A program made the position numbers and the translations under genes. The notes beneath the pieces were generated by a model. It was not told the origin of the DNA. It saw only the letters and a list, made by a program, of their open reading frames with translations, and searched no databases. Below are positions 1-13,146 of a stretch of 64,000 nt of DNA, piece after piece. The DNA is from Microbotryum violaceum (Eukaryota): contig CDLV01000005.1 of NCBI GenBank assembly GCA_001244265.2, positions 682,001 through 746,000 of the forward strand, read 5' to 3'. Position 1 is the first letter of the stretch; every line of letters starts with the position of its first letter.

Positions 1-2308
1 CCAACCGCGAGACGCTGCGCCTGGGCGGCCTGATCGACTGTTGCGGTGATGATAATGACTTGAACGGACGGAGCTGGCGAAACGCCTGCGGATCCCGAAA
101 GCGAATGTAGCAGCTGCAAGGCCGGGATGACGTAGCATTGGATGCGCTCTTGAATTGCCGGGGCCTGCGCCACGATGTCTTGACTGCGAAGCACACAGGG
201 AATCGCTTTGGCCTGAATTTTGGTCGGCGGTCCGAGGCTGGAGCACGAAAAGACCGGGGGCGATCAGCAATCCAGCGCACAATGTTCTGTTCCTTTCTCA
301 ACAGCGAGGCTTACCCATACTTGGCAATCGCTCGGAACAACTCGTTCCCAACGCCGAGAGCATCCCATTTGCTCCCCAGGCTACCGGGCGGTGGAGCATT
401 TCCATTCGAACTGCCGAGCATAGGACTCTGCCCACCAATCACGGGCGAGTCCCATTCACCAAAGTCACTTCCAGGTGCCGTGTTGGGTCGGCTGGGTGAT
501 CTCGATCCAACAAAGGACTTGCTCAAGGACGAGGTGCGGTTCAACCCTGATTGTGGAGCACCGTTGGCGCCTAGGGGTCTCATGAGCGGTGATCGCCCGA
601 CGCCAGTGGAAGTGTTCGACAACGATACACCGAGGCCCGTCGGTCCTGCCTGATGTCCACCTCGATTGATGACCGGGGATCCGATTCCACCGGGACCGAG
701 CATCGGGGAGCCTTGAGGAGCAGCAGCCGAGTTCATGAGGTGTGCAACCGACGAAGCCAAGGCGCTGACCTGCTGTGACAGAGCGGCGATTTGCTCGTCC
801 TTGTCCGCCATTCCATCCTGTTCGGAAGAGCCGAACTTCCCCGACGAAGAGAGAGCAGGCGATGAAGCCGCTGGCGCAAAGTTTCCACCAAGGCCTTCGA
901 GAATCGAGCCCGACGCCGAACGAACGAGACCGGGTCGTGAGCCCGGCGCGGGCTGTAGAGGAGGGGAGGGTGATCGCACGGTCAAGAGTGGCGATTCAAA
1001 CAGGTCTTTGGTTCTCGAAAGCCCAAGATGTTGACCTGGACCCCCAGCTCGAGGGAGCGAGTTCATGTAGAGGCCCGAGTTGCCGCCACTGCCGGCCGAG
1101 TTGGCCAGCTGTTGCACGAAGGTTCGAAGGGAGTTGATCTCGTCTCGCATAGATCGCATCTCGCCGTGAACGAACGAGGCCAAATCGTAGACGGTGGCCT
1201 CGAGCGAGTGTACGCGCGCCTCGACGGTCTGTTGTTGCTCGTCCCCACCGCCACCGAACAGGGGTCTGCGACGCACGCCCGGTGAAGGGCTTCGCACGGG
1301 TGTTGGGGCTCGAGGCGTCGCATCAACTGCACCCGGCGCGATGAGCGACGTACTCGACGTTGAAGGCGAGCTGCCCAGCACGATGGACGGGTTGGAAAAG
1401 TCGAGGTCAAAGCTCAGTTTGTCATGAGCCGGCGAGGCCAGCGGGGACGAGTTGGAGCGTTCGGACGCCGAACGGTTACGATCATCGGTTCTCGAAGGTA
1501 GCACACCGAGTATGAACGACGAAGGTCGGCTCTTGGGTGCACTTCCAACCGCTCCTGAACTCGAACCTGGCCGCAACGAAAGTGACGCGTCGCCGTCAGA
1601 AGGTGAAGGCGTGAGTGCCCGACTGCCTGAACCGAGACCTTGCAGGGGCGAAGTTGCGCCTGAGGAGCGGTTGATGTCGAAAACGCCTGCGAGACCGTTG
1701 ATGGCGTCTACCATCCTCTTTTCGGGGGTGGCGATGGTGGCACTGACGAGTCGACGACGATCACCGATCGCTCCGACGCTCGATGAAAGTGCACCCGAAT
1801 GGTTGGGTCCTGACCCAGCGGCGGTCGAACGGCCCGAACCAATTGGTGTCGGTCTTGATAGACCCGACGAGGAAGGAGCGGCGTCCCACATTGGTCCGGT
1901 GGCCGAGGAAGCGCTGAAGGCGGACGACGTGGGGGTGACGGACGGGTCGCGCTGCGGTGAGGAAGTGCGTGGCAGCGAATCGATGGAAGGGCCCAAGGAG
2001 TCTATAAGCGAGTGATTGTAGTCCATCGCGGGGTAGTAGGGACGTACGCCTTGGTCAAAGTGGCCGCTGCCGTTCGTATTCGCGCCGTGGTGGAATTGGT
2101 TTACGGGAGAGGAGCTAAGCGAGTCGAGGCGCGACGAGGAAGAGGGCGAGGACGACGCCGAAGACGACGCCAGCAGGGACAAGTCGCCAAAGAGCCCATT
2201 GCTGCTGCCGTTGCGGTTGTGAGTGGAGGAGCCCAGAGCGTGGTCGAAGCTGGTCGACGATGCGGCGGTGCGAGTCGAAGGGACAAAGCTCGCAGCGGTG
2301 GGTAGCAT
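1..2308 (-). CDS. eIF4A-like DEAD-box helicase-fold protein with ~650-aa low-complexity N-terminus and degenerate Walker A; 3' end runs off the window
   Basis: ATG at 2308 (MLPTAASF). Intron 314-238 (GTAAG...GCTGAT...CAG). The spliced product reads KWDALGVGNELFRAIAKYG-LGPPTKIQAKAIPCVLRSQDIVAQAPAIQERIQCYVIPALQ...VQVIIITATVDQAAQ, i.e. Q-motif, motif I and motif Ia positions of eIF4A/Fal1-type helicases. Confidence 0.75.
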
Positions 2309-2315
2309 GCCTGCC

Positions 2316-2346
2316 GGTGGTGGTGGTGGTGGTGGTGGTGGTGGAG
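2316..2346. repeat. (GGT)n microsatellite just upstream of the ATG at 2308
   Basis: About 9-10 consecutive GGT units read directly. Confidence 0.9.
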
Positions 2347-3011
2347 AGGACCGCTCCTTAGCGAGTGAGGTGCATCGACGGTGGGGGAGGAATGTAGCGC
2401 CGGGGTTTAGGGATGCGGGAAGAGGCTTGGCTGCTGGCAGAGAAACGGCAAACGGCAAACGTGAAACGTGAAACGTGAAACGTGCACCCCGGAAAGGACA
2501 AAGGTGGACGAGGGCGCAAACGCAAAAGAGCGCAGGCAAACAGGAGAGGAGAGAGCAATGGCACGAGAGGAGGCCCGTCAACTCAGCGCGGTGTGTGACA
2601 GTGTGGTTCTGCGTGGTTCGGCCCCAGTCAGGCAACTAGTGCAGCCGACGCGACCGAACCCGATGAGGATGGACGTACGAGGTGATGGGCGCGGATGCCC
2701 TTTTGATACAAGCCCAGGTAGAGTGTACACGGGACCAGGACCACAAGAGGCGATCGAGCTGGGAGCAGGTTCGCGCCAGACGTCACGCGTACGGCGCGAC
2801 AGAATGGAACGGGCACGGGCCATTATCAATCGGCGAATGGCGAATTACACCCTGTTCTAATACCGGCGCTGGCGCTGGCGCATTAGTAGTACCCCCGAAA
2901 GGCGCGCAGGGAACAGTGTTTCCTAAGAATCCGGATGAGCACCAGCCTCATCGCTCCTTCGCACATCTTGTGGATCCCGCCCCAAACACCTTCGTAGCCC
3001 TTACTCCCACC

Positions 3012-3830
3012 ATGGCCTCGCTCTCGAATCGGATACGCACAGCACTAACGACACGACCGAGTCATGCATCAACATCCCAACTCGTGATCCCCGTGCATCC
3101 GTCACAACAGCGACTTTTCTCCTCGAGTCGACCCTGCCTGTCCTCAACCCCTCTCAGTTATCCCTTTGCATCAGCTGTTCAAGTCTTACCGCCATCACCA
3201 CCCCCAACGCACCCCAAGACATCCCTCTTGCGCACGTTGAACCTACACCTCACGTCGCAACACCCCTTGGCGACCGAATACACCGCGCTCTTCTCCCGGC
3301 GCCATCCAACCCGGGTCAAGTCCGGCTCCGTCCTGACCGTCATCTCCTACACCGCCTTACCCACCACCGCGAACCCGCAGCCCTCAACAACGACCTTCAG
3401 TGGTGTCCTGATGGCGATGAGGCGACGACACGCCGGGAGGGATACGTCGATCCGTCTGCGCAACTTGGTCGGTCGTACCGGCGTCGAACAGAGCTTCAAG
3501 GTGTTTTCCCCCATGGTCAAAGAAATCAGGATCGTACAACGCGCGACCAACAGTGTCGCCGCGACGGGATCGGGCAAGAAGAGCGGCGATAGGAGGAAGC
3601 CTGTGCTGAAGGCGAGCAGGAGGGCTAAGATGTACTTTGTCAGGGAACAACCCGATCGGTGCGTCTTACCCACGAGTTCAGCGCTGGCCAAGTATGCTAT
3701 GGTAGAGCTGACACTTTGGCAACTTTCTGCCACTGTTTTTTGTTTTGTTTTCAACAGACTGGTCGGGGTTAGTGGTATCGTCAAGCAGGCGAGGGAGCGG
3801 GAGGCGGCTTTGGAGAAGAGGAAGAGGTAG
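3012..3830 (+). CDS. MRPL19: Mitochondrial ribosomal protein bL19 (Img1-like)
   Basis: Arg/Ser-rich presequence (RLFSSSRP), then VKSGSVLTV...FSGVLMAMRRR...TSIRLRNLVGRTGVEQSFKVFSPMVKEI...RRAKMYFVRE, the L19 pattern. Intron ~3659-3757. Confidence 0.85.
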   Translation: MASLSNRIRTALTTRPSHASTSQLVIPVHPSQQRLFSSSRPCLSSTPLSYPFASAVQVLPPSPPPTHPKTSLLRTLNLHLTSQHPLATEYTALFSRRHPTRVKSGSVLTVISYTALPTTANPQPSTTTFSGVLMAMRRRHAGRDTSIRLRNLVGRTGVEQSFKVFSPMVKEIRIVQRATNSVAATGSGKKSGDRRKPVLKASRRAKMYFVREQPDRCVLPTSSALAKYAMVELTLWQLSATVFCFVFNRLVGVSGIVKQAREREAALEKRKR

Positions 3831-4442
3831 TTGCGGCTGCCGCATCGATTGTAACGAGATCATGTTCCTCTGTACACCTCTCTTTGGTTCTATGAGAAAT
3901 CAACCTATCGGAAAGGATCTTGAACAAGTGCGCACAAGATGCCGATCCCGCATGACTCGGGGGTTACAGGGGAAAATCCAGATCTTTATTAGGAGCACCT
4001 GAAACGGCGAAGGCTGTGTCGATCTGGTAGAAGTGTGATGTTGTTTGATGGCCCTAGCCCCTGCGTCGAATACGGCCCGTGCTCGTGTCAGATGATCCGA
4101 GGGTGCGTGCGCAATGGATAAAATGCGCTCACTGTATTTGATCGGTATAACGGGCGTTCTTACATGGAAATCTCGACCCGTGGAAGTTCCGCGTTTCTGT
4201 TGACATAGCTCATGCGAGGAAAGGAACCGCCGTCACGGTCGACTTCTGCGACCCCGCGTGGTGGACAGTAAGTATCACGTGCCCCGTTTGATCGACGCTC
4301 GACGCGTCGGCTCTCGAGCCACCTCGCGCGCCACGCCTCTCTCGTGCCGTCCGCCTCCTCGCTCCCGACCGGTTCGAACCGCCTACGCCGGTGATAAGCC
4401 ACCGCAACTCTCTTCCGCCCCCCGATTGGTGGTGGTACCCCC

Positions 4443-7400
4443 AAGTACAAACTGGACGGGCTGTGGAAGAAGACCAAGAAGGCCGCGGCGCGTGGATCGA
4501 CGGCGACGACCGCGACCGCGAGCACGACCAGCAGCAGCGGCGCCAGCCTTGACCCCTTGTCGTCGTCGGCGTCGTTGTCGTCCCAGTCGTCGGCGTCGTG
4601 GTCATCGTCGATCCATTCGCCTTCGCTGTCGATCCAAACCGTAGATCTGGTCGCTCATCAACAGTACTATGCCAAGCAGTCTTCGCTCGACTCGCCCCGC
4701 TCTGCGACGACACACTTCGATAGCTTGCCAACCTCATCACCACACTCGAACCGAAACCACGACAACGACGATCAGGACACGTGCATACACCCCTCTCAGT
4801 ACCCGTTCAATCGAGCAACCAGCAACATCTCCTCGTCGGGCAAACAAGATCGTGATCGCTTGACTGCGGCCCTCAACAATCTAGGCACCGTCTCGAGCAG
4901 TAGTGAATCGACGTCGACGCTCATGGCAAGGCAGACCTCGTCCAGCTCGTCGTCGACGTCGACCGCGGCCTCGTCCTCAGGGGGGCCATATTACTCGTCG
5001 CGACCAACGGCGTTATCCCTTCCTGTCAACCTCATATCCCAGGTCGTACCCGCTACTTCATTCTCCCGGAATTCCAAGGGCGCGGCCAAGTCCACGTCAC
5101 AGTCTTACTCGCCGCCCAGGGATGGCTACGACGACCAGTCGATCCGATCCATCGGAGTCGTCGGCAAGCAAAGGGTCGACTCGCTACCCGCGTCCGACCC
5201 CGCGTCCGATCCCGCGTCCTCGTCCGACTATGATCGCCACTCATCCGTAGCCGAAGACTCGCATGGGTCTTCCTTCGAGAGGGAACGCGAAACTCAACAT
5301 TCGTCAACCAAAGCTTCATTGTCGTCCTCAGGTGCCAACAAACTTGCTGGCGCGTCGCGCTTCTCGACAACATCTTCGAACACGGGCTATCGAGGTCAAG
5401 CAATTCGGCCAACGGCTTCGATGGTGTCGACCTTTTCCAATTCGACGGGAAGTCACTCATCCTACGCTCCTTCGTTGGCTTCGACCAGTCGATCAGGTGT
5501 CAAGGGCGAACATGCCGTTTCGGTCGCTTCCTCCCTGGCGGCTTTGCCTTCGCCGACGAACAAACCCCCCCGGAGGGCATCGGCCTTTTCGACGCTCTCT
5601 CGAGGCTCCGTATCGCTGAACCAAGGCTATACCGGCCCGTCACCTTACTCATCCGAGTTCGAACTCCAGCGACCTTCGTCCCCTTCCGAAATCGACGAAC
5701 TCTTTGAAGGACTCTTACCCCGCGTCGCGACGACCTCGAAAGCGCAAGCCGATCTTAGGGCTCTCGATGTAGACAAAAAGTGGATCATGCTCAAAAGTGA
5801 CGCGTATAGGAATTGGAAGAATGCGAGGGAAAAGATCACGAAAAGACAAGTCGACGCGAGGAGTCTGTCGAGCACGGCCTCGTCAAATGGGAATCCCATT
5901 TCGGGGACCTTGACGGACGTTTCAGGTGGGGGGGCGGCGGCGGCGAATGGGGGAGCGCAGAATGGCGGCACGAGAACTGTCAAGGCTTGGGGGAAGAACG
6001 AAAGCCCTGAGGCATACATTGCCAAGTTCATGGACGGCTCGATTGAGCAGAGTCAGGTGGCGAGTTTGAGTGTTTGTTTGCGGACCTATGAACTGAGGTG
6101 CGCCACTTCCTGTTGGGCCGAATGTCGAGTGCATGTGCTAACTCAAGCACACTATTGGTCTCTGCAGCTGGTTGCAACAGTTCATTGCTCTAAAAGGCCA
6201 AGCCGTACTTGGTAACGCGTTACACATGCTCAATCGACCGGATCCGACGCGCAAGCCCAACCCAGCAATGGAAGCCGAGCTCATCAAATGCCTACGAACG
6301 CTCTTCAACCATACCGACGGCGCCCGCGACGCGATCGACAACAACTCCTCCATCTCACCCATCACCGCTTCCTTGGCCTCCGAAATCCCGACTCGGAAAG
6401 CGGTTATTGAGCTCTTGACCTTTTTCATCATTCGTGATCGGAATCGGGGTTGGAACCTCGTTTTGAAGGGCCTGAACGACTTTTCGACATCGAGGAGATT
6501 ACCGGGCCGGTTTGACGCGTGGTTCTACTTTTGGGAAGCTGCGATCGATGGACGAGGTCGATTCGGAAGTTCGGTCGGGGCGAGTGAAGCTGTTTTGAGT
6601 TTGAGAAGTGGTGGGGCAAAGGAGATGCAGAAAGGTTTGGCGGCCAATGGATATAGGGAGTTGAATAGTGCGGGTCTGGATATCAAGGATTCGGGGCTGA
6701 GTGAATTTGCGGTCAGTTGCCTATCGGGTTATGCAGATTTGGCAATGGAGAGGTACTGACTTGGCTCGACTGGAATCGTGCAGATCTCGAATATGCTGCT
6801 TATGAAGGAGTTGTTGCACGACCGCGACCTAAAAGTTCGGCTGCACCTCCGCGCCGAGATGGAAACCTCGGGCCTTAAACGGATCCTCGACAAGCACCGC
6901 GTCTTGGACCATGCAAACCTTCACCGCCTCATCATCAACCACTACGAGGACGCGCACAACGATGAGCTCGAACTCGCCGATTTGATGAAGGAGGAAGTGC
7001 GCATGAACTTTTCGGACCCCAGGGGATGCTTCGACGCGATCATGGAGAATACCGAAGAACGGGCGTTGGACTTCTGGCATTCAACGCTCAAGCATGTTTT
7101 GCTCATCCCCTCTGAACCAGAGCTGCGCCTGCGGTACTTTCAGCTCATCGATCGACTCGTCGCCAGCGTCGTCACGGACCAGAAGGGGTTGGACGGTGAT
7201 TTCTCGGCCCTGTTGGGCTCGAGCGTCGCTTCGATGGTGGCCCATTTTGGCAGTCAGGAGAAGCTCACGGATGCACTCGACGATCTGGCGGACGCTCAAG
7301 CTACGATCGAGAAGATGAAGCGCGATCGCGAGGAGCTGCAATCGGAGATTGACCAAGGTGCCCAAGGCGCAGTCGGGGAACTCAAGACCCGCATCGCGAC

Positions 7401-10400
7401 GCTCGAACGTGCTCTGGCTACTTCCCGAGCGGCGACGGATTCGACCAAGACCGAAGGCGCGATCAAGGAACGTGATTACCAGGGGCAGATTGCTGGATTG
7501 CGCTTGGACAACCGGGTCATGTTTGAACGATTGCAAAGGGCGGGCTTGATTGAGAATCTTGCGGATGAGCTCAAGGACAGGATGGAGAAGCAGATACAGA
7601 GGAGTAAGACGGTGCAGATCCTCGAAGGGAGTAAAGGGGATAGTTCACCGGAGAGTCAGAAGAGACCGATCAGCCGGCCGGGACCGACCGTGCTTGGCTC
7701 GACGATGGCTAGGAGGCGGCATGAGACGATTTCCGCGGCACCTGTGAGTTATATTTCGTTATTGGTCGAGGATGCTGTGCTGTAGCTGAATGCCGTGGAG
7801 TCTCTTGACCCTGCTCAGATCGTCGAGGATTGGTCCCGGACTTTCAGCACCTTCCCGTCCATGTCTCCACTTGTGGTCGGAGCCTCACCTGCCTCACGGC
7901 CGAACCCGGCGCTCCCATTGAACATTCCCGAGACGGATTCGACACCACAAGCGTCGGGCCGGTCACTCGTCTCACCCGCACTGACGCCCGAGAGCACCCC
8001 GACCAAGAAACTCGCTTCAGTACTGCGAGCCTTGCCCATCTCACGCGATGCCCACTTGCCAGCACCGACACTCGCCGAGCAATTGCGGCAGGTCCACCAC
8101 CAGATGTCCCCGTCTCGAGGCGGTGACCTGACCGATTCGGAGTATTCCGACTCGGTACCGGGGACACGCTCGGCCACACCGAGATCAAGCATGGCTTTAT
8201 CCGAGTCCGACAATGAGGTTGTCAAGTCGCCAACCCGAGCAAGCCGGGTCGAAGGTGTTGCTCTACTTACCACATTTGATCCAGATGCCACGATCAGGGT
8301 CGAAGAACTCGAGGACGAGGAAGAGGAGGAAGGAGAAATGGAAGTGCTCGCTCGCCAATCTTTGGCATCGCCTTCGAAGCGTGCCGGCATTCCGTCCATC
8401 TCCTCTTCGACGAGCAAGGGCTACGATTTCCTCCCAGCGCTCGCGTTCGATAGTGATACAGGATCGGCGGAGGACCACGACTCGTTCCGCTTTGCTTTCG
8501 AAACGGCACCTTCGACCCCGCTCATCCCCGCGACGAGCTCACCCATTCCAGGTCAAAGTCTGCGCACGCCACCGACGCGAATCGCTGCTGGAATTTTCGC
8601 GTCCGAATCCCCACTACTCGAGTCGCCCACGCCAGCAGCCCCAAGAACTCTCAAGGAACCGACGAGTACGCCTACCGTCGTTCTTTCAGATTTGTTCCAG
8701 CCTGTACCACCTTCCGCTCCGCAAGCAAAGTCTTCGCCATCGAAGTCTGCTTCGACTTCGCCCCACCCTCCAACCCCCCCTCCTCCGCCTCCACCACCTC
8801 CGCCACCTCCGCCACCACCACCGCCCCCTCCACCACCACCACCGTCTTCCGCAGTCGCCGGTGGAACAGGCACTATACCACCACCGCCGCCGCCGCCTCC
8901 AGCACCTCCAGCACCGCCAGCCCCAAAAGTTCGCTTCGGCGTCAAGACCGGCGCGCCCGCGACACTGAGCGAGGTCCTCGCCGCCAAATCGGGCCTCAAA
9001 AAAGGAGGATCCGACACCGGCTCGAGTCCACGGTCTGTCGCCGCAGGTTTGCCGCCCGCTCCTACTCCGCCCGCTCCTCCACCACCTCCAGGTACACCTC
9101 GCGCTTCTCCAGCAGCTGGCGCATCCCGTGCACCCATGGCACCCGGTGCTGCCGCAACCACTCGAGTCGGGGGCCTTCCCGGCGTCGATCCACCGCAACG
9201 CAAGCTCAAGACGTTCCAATGGGACAAGGTACCCGCGAACTCGATCACCTCGACGGTATGGGACAAGATGAACCTTGATGTTGTGTCCCTTGCTGCCAAG
9301 CTCAAGTCTGAGGGTATCTTCCATGAGATCGAGGACGATTTCCGGGCCAAGCAGATGGTTCGGGATGTGACGAAGCGCGAGAAGAGGGATTTAATGACGG
9401 TGCTGCAGCCTCAACAGAGGCAACGAATCTGTACGTGCCCTCACCGTTTTGTCTACCTCAGACTACGACGGAGCTGATGATGTCGACTCTTTTCGTTCTG
9501 CAGACATCTCCTTGCTCAAGCCAGCTGCTCCAGGGGAAGATCCCTGGCCGTCAATCAAGACTGCTGCGCTCCGTATCCTTCGCTACGATGACGATCTCAA
9601 AGAAGGGATGTTGAGCGAGTTTCAGGCCCTGTTCCCCAACGCAGAGCAAGAAGCTTCACTCATCCCACACAAGACGACGCCACCACTCGAGCTCGACATG
9701 CTCGACCCGGCCGATCGCTTCCTCATCGAATGCCTCAAGATGCATCGTATCAAGGGCAGGGTCAAGGCGATGATTTATCGCGAGCAGTTCCTGGAAACGA
9801 TAGCCAAGCATGAGGAAGAGGCGTTGCGCGTGTATGAAGCGGCCAAGATGCTCTTGAACGCTCCTCGTTTCTTTGATTTACTAGAGGTCAGACTCGCCCT
9901 ATCTCACTATGACTGACTTCGTCTTACCGGGTCACTCACGCTTCATTCTTTGTCCCGCAGCTCATCCGCATCCTCGGTAACCATCTTAACGGCGGGGGCC
10001 ACAAGGGTGGAGCGCACGGCTTCCGCATCTCGTCCATCAACAAGCTCGTTGACACGAAAGGACAATCGACGGAGCGAACGCTTCTGCATCAGGTCGCAAA
10101 GACAGTCGCGCGCGTTGTCCCGTCGACCGAGGCCTTCCTGGAGGAACTGGCCAAGCCTGCCGACGCTTACAAGAGTGAGTCAAGTTCTGATCTGATCTGA
10201 CCTTCACCTTCGATCAGAACACTGCACTAAGGCACCTCCTCCTCTCAGCCGATCTGTCAAGTGTCCGCACCGCCCTCGCCAAGTTCCACCAAGACCAAGC
10301 TGCGCTCGTCGAGCTTCTCAAAGACTTTGAGGATGTCTCCGACCTCGACAAGGACGACGGATTCCCGAAGAAAATGTTCCGCTTCTCTCGCGATGCCGGC

Positions 10401-11399
10401 GAGCGTATTCTTGCTTTGACCGATCTGGTCACCCTGGCTCAGAACACGTATCAAGAAGCGCTCAAGTTCTACAACGAGGATACCAAGACGATTACTTCGA
10501 CCGAGGAATTCTTTGGTATCTTTAAGACGTTCGTGTTGTCCTACAAGGTGCGTCGAAGAATCATCCGAACGTTCTCGCTCGGGCTTGGGCTGATCTTGTC
10601 TCGAGGGTTTATGTTGCAGCGTGCGCGAGAAGACAATCGACTCTCTGCGGAGCGTGCGGCCAAGGCGGCGGAAGCCAGGGTAAGTGATGGCGGCAACCAT
10701 CGGATCGTGACATGTACTGATTTACGGGTAACCCCGATTACAGGCCCGAAAAGAGGCTGCCGCCGCCGCTGCAGCAGCAGCAGCTGCCGAAGGTGACACG
10801 CTCGTGGACGACATCATGCGCAGTCTCCGAGAGAGGTCGCTTGCCGACTCGCCTCGAACCGTCCGCCGCGATCGTCGTCGCAACGGATCGTCAGTCTTCA
10901 AGTCGCCGCGCGTCTCTCAAGGCGATGACGACGAAGCGGATGAGCTGGCACCACCGCCTGCCAATCCTGCTACCAAAACGGAGGATTTAGCGGGCGCTGC
11001 TCGGTCACTGTTGGCTTCTTTGACGGGGGATGGGGTGAGTTTGCATCGAGGCCCGCGTATTAATGCGTTCCAGCGAACTGACTCGTCTAGCTTTTTCGTC
11101 TTTAGTTCGTCACACCACCTACCTCATCATACAACACGCCCCGGCAACGGACACGGGCTCGCGAAGGCCGCCGTAACATCCAACGTACAAGCTCCGGTGA
11201 CGGTGACGAAGGAGGTGGGAATCCCTCCTCCCCCCTCTCGCAGGATTTGGGCCTCCCTCCCGTAGGTGACGTCAGGTCCTCCGCACCATCAGACCTCCCT
11301 ACGATCCGAACGATCGAAGCCGATGATGCTGATGCAAGCCTAGGTCCGAGGAAGAAGCCTACCATGGAAGATGTCGTCGAGGAAGAAGAGAACGAGTGA
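4443..11399 (+). CDS. Diaphanous-related formin (GBD/FH3, polyproline FH1, FH2); multi-exon, true start unresolved
   Basis: GBD/FH3-like KKWIMLK and ELIKCLRTLFNH. Long poly-Pro FH1 at ~8760-9090. FH2 motifs RKLKTFQWDKV, GNHLNGGGHKGGAHGFRISSINKLVDTK and EEFFGIFKTF. DAD-like VDDIMRSLR. Stop TGA at 11397-11399. The frame is open upstream to ~4400 without an ATG, so a further 5' exon is needed. Confidence 0.9.
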
Positions 11400-11796
11400 T
11401 ATCATCAACATACTTTAATTGGTTCCCGACCTCAATCGGTCAATCCTTTCATCAGCTCATATTGCATAGTTTCCATGTTCTTACTGCTTTGTCTCATCTT
11501 CTTGGTGTAGTTGTTGTTAATCTGGTAGTGCCTTGCGTTTGGTGTAATGATCCGCACTTCTCGTTCTTTCAACGTGCTCTATCGAATTGCGCCGGCGATT
11601 GCCCAGCGAACAACCGGCATCCTTCTCCGGCTCCGTCGTATTAAAGACTATGTCTCGGTGAGCTCAGCAACAACGCAATGCTTTCAACGAGGTGGTGTAC
11701 TCATTGAAGATTCCTGCAAGATACTATGCCTGCTAAACCTCGTGCGAAACATCAACGCCCGATATGCAACGAGTCGCACCTTGCAGAAACTACCAC

Positions 11797-13146
11797 TCAG
11801 CGCTTCGACATCATCAGCAGACCCATCAATGCACCATGAACCACCTCAGGAGAAATTTGAAGCTTGCTATTCAAATGTGCGGGAATAGGCGTCCGCGTGT
11901 AGTCCTCGTTCTCAAGATTACTCTCGTACCCCGACTCAGACGCATTCGGACCTCGCCGTGATGCTCGCCGTTCAGGAGTCGCCTGAAGACTTCGTCGGTT
12001 TGAAGGTGACAACGCCGTATTTCTGTTGTTGGACCGTTTTTTGAATCTTCCTTGAGATCTCTTGAACGCCCTATCGCCTTCCCCGATCGTGTGCCCTTCA
12101 GGGATGACTTCGAGCGGTCGTTTTGGCCCAACCGCCAAAGTGCTCTCACCCTTCTTTTTTCTCCTCCTCCTTTCTTTGACGGCATCCAGCTCCTCGACGT
12201 TCCATCCCCAGCTCTGGAACAGCTCGTGTCCACCTGACGCACTTCTGGGAGGCCCGACCCAGGAATCGAGTGGGAATGAGTGAGATCCGAGACCTAATAC
12301 GACGGCCCAATGACGGTAGGCTTCGGTTGCTGCGAGGGTTTTAGGCGGGGTAGGACCTTCGTCTAGATCTGAACCTTCGCATTCGTCTTCTTTTTCGTCA
12401 TCTTCATCATCGATAGACGAAGCTGGTGGACACGGTGGACGCCGTGCAGCGAGGTTGGGGTTCGGTATGGTAAAGGCCGTGCCGGTTGGATCCCGAAGCG
12501 AGGGCCTCGCTTCAGCAAGAGGTGAGGAAATGATCCCTTGATCGTAGGAGGCGTCACTTGCATTGTACGGGGACGATGTGTCGCATACAACGGAAAGACT
12601 CGCTCTCCTCCCTTGTCCGTGTCCGAGATCATCTCCCGGCGCCGTCGACGTTGAGGCCTTGGAGCGCTTAGAAATGGACCCCTTGACGATACCGGCTCGA
12701 CTCCCCGTCTTCGGTTCTTGACCCTTGAGAGCTGGACGCGACTTTGATTCCGAATGCACCTTGTTGATTCTCCCCACTTTAGCCTCCATCCGAACATGTC
12801 CTTGCCAATACGTCCAATGACGATCGGTCCTAAAGTGGATCAAGGCCTTCGTGCGCGTCATCGGTGAGCGTCGCGGACATTGCGCTCGACAAGTGTATTG
12901 TGGGGTGCGATTCGGGTGGGCGGGGAGTTCAGTGCCGTCTGGCAGTGAGGTGGGGGTGAAGAGGTAGGAGCAAGGGGAGGTAAGTGAAACTGGCTTGGGA
13001 GGTGCAAGCCGTCCGGCCCGGGTGGTGGTTCGGCACCGGTCCAAGAAGTGTGAGGGTCGGAGAACCGGGGACTGACGCAATGCGATGAGTTGATCATCCT
13101 CCAACCGTCTCGGATCGATCATACACAGTTCAAGGTCCCGCAACAT
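11797..13146 (-). CDS. Hypothetical protein, possible C2H2 (matrin/U1-like) finger; boundaries uncertain
   Basis: Long open frame (508 codons in the track, first ATG at 13146) with acidic (DDEDDEKEDE) and basic (KERRRRKKK) tracts and CRAQC-x13-H-x5-H. Confidence 0.4.
   Translation of the reverse strand: MLRDLELCMIDPRRLEDDQLIALRQSPVLRPSHFLDRCRTTTRAGRLAPPKPVSLTSPCSYLFTPTSLPDGTELPAHPNRTPQYTCRAQCPRRSPMTRTKALIHFRTDRHWTYWQGHVRMEAKVGRINKVHSESKSRPALKGQEPKTGSRAGIVKGSISKRSKASTSTAPGDDLGHGQGRRASLSVVCDTSSPYNASDASYDQGIISSPLAEARPSLRDPTGTAFTIPNPNLAARRPPCPPASSIDDEDDEKEDECEGSDLDEGPTPPKTLAATEAYRHWAVVLGLGSHSFPLDSWVGPPRSASGGHELFQSWGWNVEELDAVKERRRRKKKGESTLAVGPKRPLEVIPEGHTIGEGDRAFKRSQGRFKKRSNNRNTALSPSNRRSLQATPERRASRRGPNASESGYESNLENEDYTRTPIPAHLNSKLQISPEVVHGALMGLLMMSKR

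Noticed and set aside
2309-2635. 109-codon in-frame extension upstream of the helicase-like ATG
   Set aside because: It starts at a TTG and consists of UTR-like pyrimidine tracts and microsatellites, so it is probably 5'UTR.
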